Assembly: GCA_002269645.1 (NCBI GenBank)
Contig: NIVC01002326.1
Coordinates: 28,563-92,562 of the forward strand
Length of the DNA: 64,000 nt
Reading direction: 5' to 3'
Source of the DNA: Macrostomum lignano
Taxonomy: Eukaryota
Shown here: positions 13,201-23,802 of the stretch, piece after piece
Position numbering within the stretch: position 1 is the first letter of the stretch
Layout of the letters: each line of letters starts with the position of its first letter
Position numbers and translations under genes: made by a program
The notes under the pieces: generated by a model
Databases searched by the model: none
Seen by the model: only the letters and a program-made list of their open reading frames with translations
Told to the model about the DNA's origin: nothing

Positions 13201-14256
13201 GTCTCTCTGATCCCCTGATGCTTCATTGGGTCTCCCTGATCCCCTGATGCTTCATTGGGTCTCCCTGATCCCCTGATGCTTCATTGGGTCTCCCTGATCC
13301 CCTGATGCTTCATTGGGTCTCCCTGATCCCCTGATGCTTCATTGGGTCTCCCTGATCCCCTGATGCTTCATTGGGTCTCCCTGATCCCCTGATGCTTCAT
13401 TGGGTCTCCCTGATCCCCTGATGCTTCATTGGGTCTCCCTGATCCCCTGATGCTTCATTGGGTCTCCCTGATCCCCTGATGCTTCATTGGGTCTCCCTGA
13501 TCCCCTGATGCTTCATTGGGTCTCCCTGATCCCCTGATGCTTCATTGGCTGTCCCTGATCCCCTGATGCTTCATTAGGTCTCCCTGATCCCCTGATGCTT
13601 CATTGGGTCTCCCTGATCCCCTGATGCTTCATTGGGTCTCCCTGATCCCCTGATGCTTCATTGGGTCTCCCTGATCCCCTGATGCTTCATTGGGTCTCCC
13701 TGATTTCCTGATGCTTCATTGGGTGTCCCTGATCCCCTGATGCTTCAGCGGGTCTCCCTGATCCCCTGATGCTTCATTGGGTCTCCCTGATCCCCTGATG
13801 CTTCATTGGGTCTCCCTGATCCCCTGATGTTTCATTGGGTCTCCCTGATCCCCTGATGCTTCATTGGGTCTCCCTGATCCCCTGATGCTTCATTGGGTCT
13901 CCCTGATTCCCTGATGCTTCATTGGGTCTCCCTGATGCTTCATTGGGTCCCCTGATCCCCTGATGCTTCATTGGGTCTCCCTGATTTCCTGATGCTTCAT
14001 CGGGTCTCCCCTACATTTTTAGGGCCAGAACCCGACAGAAAGTGGGCTAAACGCTTATCCAGGTCTCTGCTATATCTTCAAGAATGCAGTAGTTCAACAA
14101 AGAAAAAACTCGGACACAGATCAAACTCACCTGAACCCGAGACCGGCCAGCGTGCGCATCGGCATAGACTGTCGGCAGGCTGCGGGCAGCCAAGCTGAGA
14201 CCTCGCTGTACAACAAAATTAAAGGAATCCAAGTGCGGCCTGGACAGATCCTGCAT
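3176..14256 (-). CDS. POLR1B: DNA-directed RNA polymerase I second-largest subunit (RPA2/RPA135), 9 exons, ~1149 aa
   Basis: complement(join 14256-14131, 12954-12532, 10625-10336, 9539-9317, 8849-8232, 7515-6992, 6256-5960, 4901-4373, 3595-3176) = 3450 nt, with all phases consistent. Motifs: [104 protein letters not shown] and a C-terminal Zn ribbon. These are Pol I-type variants. Confidence 0.97.
3735..4225. repeat. Degenerate minisatellite (AAAGGGGTCATTTAAGGACA core), POLR1B intron 8
   Basis: Recurrent core with variable linkers. Confidence 0.8.
4964..5952. repeat. 34-bp minisatellite, POLR1B intron 7
   Basis: Unit GAGTGACATTTCCCTGCATACATGAGCCGATAGG. Confidence 0.97.
6297..6940. repeat. 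25-bp minisatellite, POLR1B intron 6
   Basis: Unit CTAATACAGTACAGCTGTGGTGCCA, nearly invariant. Confidence 0.97.
7585..8135. repeat. 27-bp minisatellite, POLR1B intron 5
   Basis: Unit CACGTGACTGAACTTGGCCTTGATAAT. Confidence 0.95.
8990..9265. repeat. 32-bp minisatellite, POLR1B intron 4
   Basis: Unit GAGATTACGACCCTAGAATGAGATCTCACCAT with degenerate ends. Confidence 0.85.
9603..10316. repeat. Compound tetranucleotide microsatellite (ACTA)n with ACAA/ACGA blocks, POLR1B intron 3
   Basis: Direct observation. Confidence 0.97.
10770..12465. repeat. 34-bp minisatellite, POLR1B intron 2
   Basis: Unit GATGGGATCAATGAGGACATTGGATCATTCAGCT. Confidence 0.97.
13005..14010. repeat. 29-bp minisatellite, POLR1B intron 1
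   Basis: Unit CTCCCTGATCCCCTGATGCTTCATTGGGT. Confidence 0.97.
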
Positions 14257-15019
14257 TGTTTGCTTCTACTGCCGCCGGCGCTTTACGGTTGGAATGGAAT
14301 TGTTGTGATGCTTGGTATTGGAAACTAGGAATTAGTAGCAATTATAGACATCCTATAAAATATGAGCACTCATACACACGCTCACACAGGGTGTACAATG
14401 GCCCAGACACTCTAATGTGTTTGAATCGCACACACAAGCCTTCAAATTGGCCGCGCGAGGAATCGAACCAGGGGTCTTTGAAGCGAAACTTTGCTCTGCT
14501 TCTTAATAATATACAACCTATACTACTGGCCTACCTATTAAAATAAGTAGTATGCAACAACTATAGTACAAGCTGTCTAATTCACAAGAAAGAACAATGC
14601 AATAACAATAACAATAACAAATTTATCCAGCACAAAGTTTATACATGGTGAGCAAGCACCTTTGGCATACATGTTTGATTACTGTTTGAAAAAATATAGT
14701 TATACACATTTTGTTTTGACCGGAGGAAAAAGTAGTTGGAAAAATTTATTGGAAAATGTTAAGCTACACTTTTTTATATTTGCCATTGCAATTAGAAAAC
14801 TTTATAAAGACAGAAATGCCAATTGGGTAGGAAAAAGTTTAATAGCTAATTTATAAAAAATACTTCTCAGCAATGAATTAGAAGTATATTGGAGGAAAAA
14901 TATAACATTTATTTGGAAATACGGCACATGGTTTGTTACTAAATAACAACTGCATCAAGACAACGGGGAAAGCATTGGCACTTATTAACTAGAGCTTTAG
15001 AATTAGCGATCCATGCTGG

Positions 15020-15665
15020 CTAGCAATCCACTCTATACTAGCAATCCACTCTATGCTAGCAATCCACTCTATGCTAGCAATTTACTCTATGCTAGCAATC
15101 CACTCTATGCTAGCAATCCACTCTATGCTAGCAATTTACTCTATGCTAGCAATCCACTCTATGCTAGCAATCCACACTATGCTAGCAATCCACTCTATGC
15201 TAGCAATTCACTCTATGTTTGCAAATACAATACTATATACTAGCAATCCACTCTATGTTAGCAATCCACTCTATGTTAGCAATCCACTCTATACTAGCAA
15301 TCCACTCTATGTTAGCAATCCACACTATGTTAGCAATCCACTCTATGTTAGCAATCCACTCTATGTTAGCAATCCACTCTATGTTAGCAATCCACTCTAT
15401 GTTAGCAAATACTATATACTAGCAATCCACTCTATGTTAGCAATCCACTCTATACTAGCAATCCACTCTATACTAGCAATCCACTCTATGCTAGCAATCC
15501 ACTCTATACTAGCAATCCACTCTATGCTAGCAATTCACTCTATGCTAGCAATCCACTCTATGCTAGCAATCCACTCTATGCTAGCAATCCACTCTATGCT
15601 AGCAATCCACTCTATACTAGCAATCCACTCTATACTAGCAATCCACTCTATACTAGCAATCCATT
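15020..15665. repeat. 18-bp minisatellite in the MYND-POLR1B spacer
   Basis: Unit TAGCAATCCACTCTATGC. Confidence 0.96.
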
Positions 15666-15776
15666 CTATCTGAGTGCTATCCGAGGCTAGCCGCTTGTAA
15701 CTAATAAAACTGAACGGATAAGAAGCACATAGATTAAAAACGGAGCTGAAATGCAGTGCACGGCCAGGCCGCAGCG

Positions 15777-16998
15777 CTAAGCTACAAAGATGACGGGCGG
15801 ATCCGTCGGATCAACTGGCAGCGCCAAAAAGTCGTCAATTAGCATGTTGCGACGAATCGCCACGTCCACTACCCCGGCTAAGTCGGGCAGCGGCCGGCCG
15901 AGCAGCTTCTTATAGCCGGCCAGTAGCTCTTTAACATCTGTCAGCACCTCGTTGTTGCTGTCGATCAGGTACACTGGGATTGGAACCGTTTTATTTCGGC
16001 CGCCAGTTGGCCAGGTCTGCAGGAAGACGCTGCCCGGAAGGGCGCCCATGAAAAGTCTGGAGAGGGAGAGAGGGTTGGTCCAGCCAATCAGAATCTGGGG
16101 AATCCCAGGCCCGCCTGAAACCAGCCAATCAGAATCTGGGGAATCCTAGGCCCGCCTGAAATCAGCCAATCAGAATCTAGGGAATCCCATACCCGTCTGA
16201 AACCAGCCAATCAGAATCTAGGCAATCTCAGACCCGTCTGAAACAATCCAATCAGAATCTGGGAAATCTCATATCCGCCTGAAACCAGCCAATCAGAATC
16301 TGGGAAATCTCATATCCGCCTGAAACCAGCCAATCAGAATCTGGGGAATCCCAGACCTGTCTGAAACCAGCCAATCGGAATTTGGTGAATCCCAGGCCCG
16401 TCTGAAACCAGCCAATCAGAATCTGGTGAATTCCAGGGCCGTCTGAAGCCAGCCAATCAGAATCTGGGGAATCCCAGCCGCGCCTAAAATCAGTAAATAA
16501 GAATCCAATCCAAACCACATACCTGCCAACAAACATGTTCGGTAGCGCGAAGGCGCTGCTGCCGCAGCAATCCAGCAGCTCTTCCCCGTGATCGTCGGCC
16601 ACTACGTCGTCATCTTCGGAGCAATAGGCGGCGCCAATCCGCTCGGAGAACTGGCAACGGGCGCGCAGCCGGGCCAGGGTCTGGCATTCTTGCTTGTGCA
16701 TTGGCCAGTCTTTGCGCTGGCACTCTCTGCCGCAGTACCAGCGGTTGGTGCAGGCGCCGCACCGACGACACGAGCCGGCGCCTTTGCCGCACTGTGAGCA
16801 GGCGCCTATCCTCGGGTCAATTAGCCGATCAATGAAGTCTTTATTGTTGTCCGCAACTTTTTTCACTTGAATCTTGGTTTTACTACTTCGATTAGCAGTG
16901 GCAGTCGTGCTAAAAGTTTCTTTGCTTTTGCCGACCTGGCAAACTCTGCCAGTGCTGCTGCTGTTGTTGCTTCGGTCTTTGAGGCTGGCTTTCTGCAT
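15777..16998 (-). CDS. MYND zinc-finger protein, 2 exons, ~251 aa
   Basis: join(16998-16523, 16056-15777), phase 2 on both sides (AG|GTATGT ... CTCTCCAG|A). Motif CSQC..CRRCGACTNRWYCGRECQRKDWPMHKQEC is a canonical MYND finger. The C-terminal region is not recognised. Confidence 0.82.
16081..16485. repeat. 41-bp minisatellite in the MYND gene intron
   Basis: Unit CAGCCAATCAGAATCTGGGGAATCCCAGGCCCGCCTGAAAC. Confidence 0.92.
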
Positions 16999-17099
16999 GG
17001 CTGCTTGCCTGCTTGCTGGGCATGCAGTAATATTCGTAGCAGTAGTAAATAGCGAATGTGCCAGAAATTCAAATACCAACACTAAAAATAGACTAGCAG

Positions 17100-19038
17100 T
17101 TAGGACTCAGGACACCAGTTGGGATTCAGGACACCAGTTGGGGTTCAGGACACCAGCTGGGATTCAGGACACCAGTTGGGATTCAGGACACCAGTTGGGA
17201 TTCAGGACACCAGCTGGGATTCAGGACACCAGTTGGGATTCAGGACACCAGCTGGGATTCAGGACACCAGTTGGGATTCAGGACTCCAGTTGGGATTCAG
17301 GACACCAGTTGGGACTCAAGACACTAGTTGGGATTCAGGACACCAGCTGGGATTCAGGACACCAGCTGGGATTCAGAACACCAGTTAGGACTCAGGAATC
17401 CAGTTGGGATTCAGGACACCAGTTGGGATTCAGGACACCAGCTGGGATTCAGGACACCAGTTGGGATTCAGGACACCAGTTGGGATTCAGGACACCAGTT
17501 GGGATTCAGGACACCAGTTGGGATTCAGGACACCAGTTGGGATTCAGGACACCAGTTGGGATTCAGGACACCAGTTGGGACTCAAGACACTAGTTGGGAT
17601 TCAGGACACCAGCTGGGATTCAGGACACCAGCTGGGATTCAGAACACCAGTTAGGACTCAGGACACCAGTTGGGATTCAGGACACCAGTTGGGATTCAGG
17701 ACACCAGTTGGGATTTAGGACACCAGTTGGGATTCAGGAAACCAGTTGGGATTCAGGACACCAGTTGGGATTCAGGACTCCAGTTGGGATTCAGGACACC
17801 AGCTGGGATTCAGGACACCAGTTGGGATTCAGGACACCAGTTGGGATTTAGGACACCAGTTGGGATTCAGGACACTAGTTGGGATTCAGGACACCAGTTG
17901 GGATTCAGGACACCAGTTGGAATTCAGGACACCAGTTGGGATTCAGGACACCAGTTGGGATTCAGGACACTAGTTGGGATTCAGGACACCAGTTGGGATT
18001 CAGGACACCAGTTGGGATTCAGGAAACCAGTTGGGATTCAGGACACCAGTTGGGATTCAGGACTCCAGTTGGGATTTAGGACACCAGTTGGGATTCAGGA
18101 AACCAGTTGGGATTCAGGACACCAGTTGGGATTCAGGACACCAGTTGGGATTCAGGACACTAGTTGGGATTCAGGACACCAGCTGGGATTCAGGACACCA
18201 GTTGGGATTCAGGACACTAGTTGGGATTCAGGACACCAGTTGGGATTTAGGACACTAGTTGGGATTCAGGACACCAGTTGGGATTCAGGACACCAGTTGG
18301 GATTCAGGACACCAGTTGGGATTCAGGACACCAGTTGGGACTCAGGACACCAGCTGGGATTCAGGACACCAGTTGGGATTCAGGACACCAGTTGAGATTC
18401 AGGACACCAGTTGGGATTCAGGACACCAGTTGGGATTCAGGAAACCAGTTGGGATTCAGGACACCAGTTGGGATTCAGGACTCCAGTTGGGATTCAGGAC
18501 ACCAGCTGGGATTCAGGACACCAGTTGGGATTCAGGACACCAGTTGGGATTTAGGACACCAGTTGGGATTCAGGACACTAGTTGGGATTCAGGACACCAG
18601 TTGGGATTCAGGACACCAGTTGGGATTCAGGACACCAGTTGGGATTCAGGACACCAGTTGAGATTCAGGACACCAGTTGGGATTCAGGACACCAGTTGGG
18701 ATTTAGGATACCAGTTGGGATTCAGGACACCAGTTGGGATTCAGGACTCCAGTTGGGATTCAGGACACCAGCTGGGATTCAGGACACCAGTTGGGATTCA
18801 GGACACCAGTTGGGATTTAGGACACCAGTTGGGATTCAGGACACTAGTTGGGATTCAGGACACCAGTTGGGATTCAGGACACCAGTTGGAATTCAGGACA
18901 CCAGTTGGGATTCAGGACACCAGTTGGGATTCAGGACACTAGTTGGGATTCAGGACACCAGTTGGGATTCAGGACACCAGTTGAGATTCAGGACACCAGT
19001 TGGGATTCAGGACACCAGTTGGGATTCAGGACACCAGT
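17100..19038. repeat. 19-bp minisatellite (~1.9 kb)
   Basis: Unit GGGATTCAGGACACCAGTT. Confidence 0.97.
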
Positions 19039-19654
19039 CAGACAGGTATTTGAGATCCGTGTAATCCAACACTAACTGAGCATAAGCATAAAAGCAGCTG
19101 AGGTCACACTCAAACAGCCAAATGAATAAGTCACAACAAGAATTGAATAGGTAGGAAAGTGAGCACGGGAAGAGACGGAATTTATTGATTTATTTATTGG
19201 AGTTGAAGTTGTGAGGGTAGTGGCGTCTAAGCTTTGGAAATAAAGGCACAGTTACGAGTACTTCGCGACCTGGACACAAACAGACAAAATCAATGCATAA
19301 CTTACTCGTACGACAGTACAAAAGAGTTAAAAAAAGCTAGCACAATTTAAAACCACGTAAAACTAAGGAATGAGTCACAAAACTGTCCGACAAAATGCAG
19401 ACATAAAAGAGAATGATAGAGAATTTTAACTCAGAAGAAAAAATATTTCGGATAAAAAAACTACGGTAAAAAGTACAACAAAAAGTCTAAAAAACTTGAT
19501 TCAAAAAAGAAATAAGAAAAGGGTGGGCGTGTATCTGAATTCGCAGTTGTCAGTCAGCTGGTAAAAAACATCAAGATCAGAGCTTCATCAATCAGTGAGC
19601 AGAAGTCAAAGCGTTAAGTTATCAATTACTGAGTCAGAAGAAAAATTTGAGGCT

Positions 19655-20748
19655 AAATCCAATCTAATTCCAGACTAAATCCAATCGAATTCCAGACTAA
19701 AGCCAATCTAATTCCAGACTAAAGCCAATCTAATTCCAGACTAAAGCCAATCTAATTCCAGACTAAAGCCAATCTAATTCCAGACTAAAGCCAATCTAAT
19801 TCCAGACTAAAGCCAATCTAATTCCAGACTAAAGCCAATCTAATTCCAGACTAAAGCCAATCTAATTCCAGACTAAAGCCAATCTAATTCCAGACTAAAG
19901 CCAATCTAATTCCAGACTAAATCCAATCTAATTCCAGACTAAAGCCAATCTAATTCCAGACTAAAGCCAATCTAATTCCAGACTAAAGCCAATCTAATTC
20001 CAGACTAAAGCCAATCTAATTCCAGACTAAAGCCAATCTAATTCCAGACTAAAGCCAATCTAATTCCAGACTAAAGCCAATCTAATTCCAGACTAAAGCC
20101 AATCTAATTCCAGACTAAAGCCAATCTAATTCCAGACTAAAGCCAATCTAATTCCAGACTAAAGCCAATCTAATTCCAGACTAAAGCCAATCTAATTCCA
20201 GACTAAAGCCAATCTAATTCCAGACTAAAGCCAATCTAATTCCAGACTAAAGCCAATCTAATTCCAGACTAAAGCCAATCTAATTCCAGACTAAAGCCAA
20301 TCTAATTCCAGACTAAATCCAATCTAATTCCAGACTAAAGCCAATCTAATTCCAGACTAAAGCCAATCTAATTCCAGACTAAAGCCAATCTAATTCCAGA
20401 CTAAAGCCAATCTAATTCCAGACTAAAGCCAATCTAATTCCAGACTAAAGCCAATCTAATTCCAGACTAAAGCCAATCTAATTCCAGACTAAAGCCAATC
20501 TAATTCCAGACTAAAGCCAATCTAATTCCAGACTAAAGCCAATCTAATTCCAGACTAAAGCCAATCTAATTCCAGACTAAAGCCAATCTAATTCCAGACT
20601 AAAGCCAATCTAATTCCAGACTAAAGCCAATCTAATTCCAGACTAAAGCCAATCTAATTCCAGACTAAAGCCAATCTAATTCCAGACTAAAGCCAATCTA
20701 ATTCCAGACTAAATCCAATCTAATTCCAGACTATTCCAGACTAATTCC
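19655..20748. repeat. 22-bp minisatellite
   Basis: Unit CTAAAGCCAATCTAATTCCAGA, near-invariant. Confidence 0.97.
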
Positions 20749-20749
20749 A

Positions 20750-21365
20750 GCCTATCTATTTGCAAAAGCAAAGCCTATCTATTTGCAAAAGCAAAGCCTA
20801 TCTATTTGCAAAAGCAAAGCCTATCTATTTCCGAAAGCAAAGCCTATCTATTTCCAAAAGCAAAGCCTATCTATTTCCAAAAGCAAAGCCTATCTATTTC
20901 CAAAAGCAAAGCCTATCTATTTGCAAAAGCAAAGCCTATCTATTTGCAAAAGCAAAGCCTATCTATTTGCAAAAGCAAAGCCTATCTATTTCCGAAAGCA
21001 AAGCCTATCTATTTCCAAAAGCAAAGCCTATCTATTTCCAAAAGCAAAGCCTATCTATTTCCAAAAGCAAAGCCTATCTATTTGCAAAAGCAAAGCCTAT
21101 CTATTTGCAAAAGCAAAGCCTATCTATTTGCAAAAGCAAAGCCTATCTATTTCCAAAAGCAAAGCCTATCTATTTCCAAAAGCAAAGCCAATCTATTTGC
21201 AAAAGCAAAGCCTATCTATTTGCAAAAGCAAAGCCTATCTATTTGCAAAAGCAAAGCCTATCTATTTCCAAAAGCAAAGCCTATCTATTTCCAAAAGCAA
21301 AGCCTATCTATTTGCAAAAGCAAAGCCTATCTATTTCCAAAAGCAAAGCCTATCTATTTGCAAAC
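20750..21365. repeat. 23-bp minisatellite directly abutting the 22-bp array
   Basis: Unit GCCTATCTATTTGCAAAAGCAAA. Confidence 0.96.
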
Positions 21366-21419
21366 AAGATAGAGTATTTCGCATACAGTCACTGACAAAC
21401 TAACATCCTAGCCAAGCAT

Positions 21420-22547
21420 TCAACGATCCTTCTTTTCATTCTTGCCGGAATGATCGCCCTGAGCGCCGCAGGCCTCATCGGCGGACATCTCGGACTCGCT
21501 GCGAGTGTCCCGCTGCAGCTGGCCGTGAGTGACAGCCTGCCAGGCGATGCGCGAGATAAAATAGAACCAGACAACGTGCAGCACGAGCAGCACGCACAGG
21601 CACCCGTTGAAGGCCCAGTAGGCGCCGAACGGGCCCAGCTCGGCCCAGCTCTCCATCGAAGCGCTGCGAATCAGCCAGATAGGGAAGAGTAGCAGCCTAG
21701 TGACAAACCAGCCAATATAGAAGACAAAGAACACGCAGTCGCAGGCTGGTCTCTTATTAGCGTAGCCAAGGCACTTGGCCAGGTGAAGCGGCGGGTCAAC
21801 CATGTCGTGCAGCAGCAGCACCAGAGCGCCGATGCGGACGAAATTGACGCACCAGCTGAATGCCACCAGCCACACAGTAACCAGATGATGCACCAGCATC
21901 TCGGAGAAATCCTTGCGCTTAACGTCGTGAAATATGCTATAAAGCGAGGCTAAATAGAAGCCTAACTGGCCGATGTAATAGCAGCGAACTGGCCAGGTCA
22001 CGTGCAGATAGGGCCAGCCAAGCCAGCAGAGGCGGGTATTCCAAAAATATGGCTGCTGCAGCAGCACAGCAGCGCCACAGGTCAGCGCAACGCAATAATA
22101 GACAATAAACCAGGCGCTCTCAACGAATTTACGCAGCGTAGACGATTTCTCGGAGTTGCGACGCTGACGAAACCAGCGTTCGACGCGGCGAACCGGCCAG
22201 TCGAGCTGGCTGGCTGCGGCCAGCATGGCCGAACTGTCCGGACGCCGTTTGGCTGAGCGGTAAAGAGCCTCCAGAGTGGCGTTGGCCGGCGGCGCAGGCG
22301 TTGCGCTGGCCGACCTGCCGGCCACACCGAGCCGGCGGCCGAGCGGCTCCAGCGCCGAGTGTTCGATAAAACGACGCGCCAGATGAATAACAGCCCCAAA
22401 AGCGACGGCGGCGCATAGGTGACGCGGACGGGGCGCGAACCTAGGACCGTTGCTTGGAGATTCGAAATCGGTGTCGGCAAACAAATCGTTCCAAGTAACG
22501 TTGTCGGGGAACCAGAACCGCTCCGACCAGAGTAGATCAGCTAGCAT
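21420..22547 (-). CDS. CERS: Ceramide synthase (Lag1/TLC domain with Hox-like domain, CerS2-6 type), intronless CDS
   Basis: N-terminal LWSERFWFPDNVTW; homeobox-like QLDWPVRRVERWFRQRRN; Lag1p motif RKDFSEMLVHHLVT...LLLHDMVD; C-terminal DTRSESE. Start placed at the ATG at 22547, just after TTGCAG|. Confidence 0.95.
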   Translation of the reverse strand: MLADLLWSERFWFPDNVTWNDLFADTDFESPSNGPRFAPRPRHLCAAVAFGAVIHLARRFIEHSALEPLGRRLGVAGRSASATPAPPANATLEALYRSAKRRPDSSAMLAAASQLDWPVRRVERWFRQRRNSEKSSTLRKFVESAWFIVYYCVALTCGAAVLLQQPYFWNTRLCWLGWPYLHVTWPVRCYYIGQLGFYLASLYSIFHDVKRKDFSEMLVHHLVTVWLVAFSWCVNFVRIGALVLLLHDMVDPPLHLAKCLGYANKRPACDCVFFVFYIGWFVTRLLLFPIWLIRSASMESWAELGPFGAYWAFNGCLCVLLVLHVVWFYFISRIAWQAVTHGQLQRDTRSESEMSADEACGAQGDHSGKNEKKDR

Positions 22548-22569
22548 GGCTGTCTGCAACGGGTTTTTA

Positions 22570-22812
22570 ACATTTCGATACATATCGGCTGTATAGATGC
22601 GGCTATCCTTGAAAGACTATTTTCGATACATATCGGCTATCCTGAAAGACTACTTTCGATACATATCGGCTATACACATGCGGCTATCCTGAAAGACTAT
22701 TTTCGATAAATATCGGCTATACACGTGCGGCTATCCTGAAATATTATTTTCGATACATATCGGCTATACACGTGCGGCTATCCTGAAAGAGCATTTTCGA
22801 TACATATCGGCT
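22570..22812. repeat. ~50-bp degenerate repeat (TTCGATACATATCGGCTAT core)
   Basis: About 5 copies upstream of the CerS acceptor. Confidence 0.8.
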
Positions 22813-23442
22813 TCATTAACATCTACGCCTTTGAGGAAGAAACTGAAAAAAAGAACTAAAAACAAACCAGACTGTTCGAAAATGTTTAATTAACTATATT
22901 TCCTAACAAAAAAGATATCCTATCTATTTAACTTTAAATCAATCAAAAGAAAGTTAGGGGATGGTGTATTAGCACACAGTTATTCTGATACTACTTCGTA
23001 ATCGTATGACTGATTGATAAGATAAAAGTTAAGACAAATCGACGAGAACTGCAACGACAAACTAAAAAAATGGTTAAATAAAGCTTAAACAGTCTGATTG
23101 AGCAGTTACTTAATGAATATAATCGAAGAATTTAAAATTAAGAAAAAACTATTTAATATAACAACTTTTTTATTTAAAGATAAATAATTATGATAAAGCA
23201 TGTTCCGCAAACCGGGGAAGAGAGTATTAACAACTCATTTAATGGCTATTAATTTGATGGATAATATCCCTATTAATTTCGTCACAACTAGAGGCATAAT
23301 ATGGCTTTGTAATTAAAAATATATAAAAATCATTTACAAGATTACATGTAAGCTTCCAATTTCGACTTCTTTAATCAGAATAAGTTGCGTCTTAAAAATA
23401 CATGACATTACTTGGACAGACAAATCAGACGTCATGATTAAA

Positions 23443-23718
23443 CAAGACAGACAAAGACACAGGCTTGACAGTAGACAGACAAAGAAACAGGCTTGACAGT
23501 AGACAGACAATGAAGACACAGGCTTGACAGTAGACAGACAGTGAAGACACAGGCTTGACAGTAGACAGACAGTGAAGACACAGGCTTGACAGTAGACAGA
23601 CAAAGACACAGGCTTGACAGTAGACAGACAAAGACACAGGCTTGACAGTAGACAGACAAAGACACAGGCTTGACAGTAGACAGACAAGGAAGACACAGGC
23701 TTGACAGTAGACAGACAG
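23443..23718. repeat. ~28-32-bp minisatellite (AGGCTTGACAGTAGACAGACA core)
   Basis: Direct tandem periodicity. Confidence 0.9.
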
Positions 23719-23802
23719 CACAGTACAACAAAAGTCTAATCCAAAACTTAAGCCGCATATAAAAAATAGCTAAAAATCAGGATAAATTTATTAAACTCGA
23801 TG

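Noticed and set aside
10770-14010. Common origin of the POLR1B intron 1 and intron 2 arrays
   Set aside because: Only short shared words (GGGATCA, CAATGA) in opposite orientation; not enough to support homology.
4964-21365. Regular 17-42-bp direct repeats as CRISPR arrays
   Set aside because: Units are head-to-tail with no unique spacers, there are no cas genes, and the context is spliced eukaryotic genes.
16874-21403. Many repeat-encoded ORFs (GFRTPVGIQD.., KQSLSICKSK..)
   Set aside because: They are open in several frames only because the unit lacks stops; no domain or splice support.
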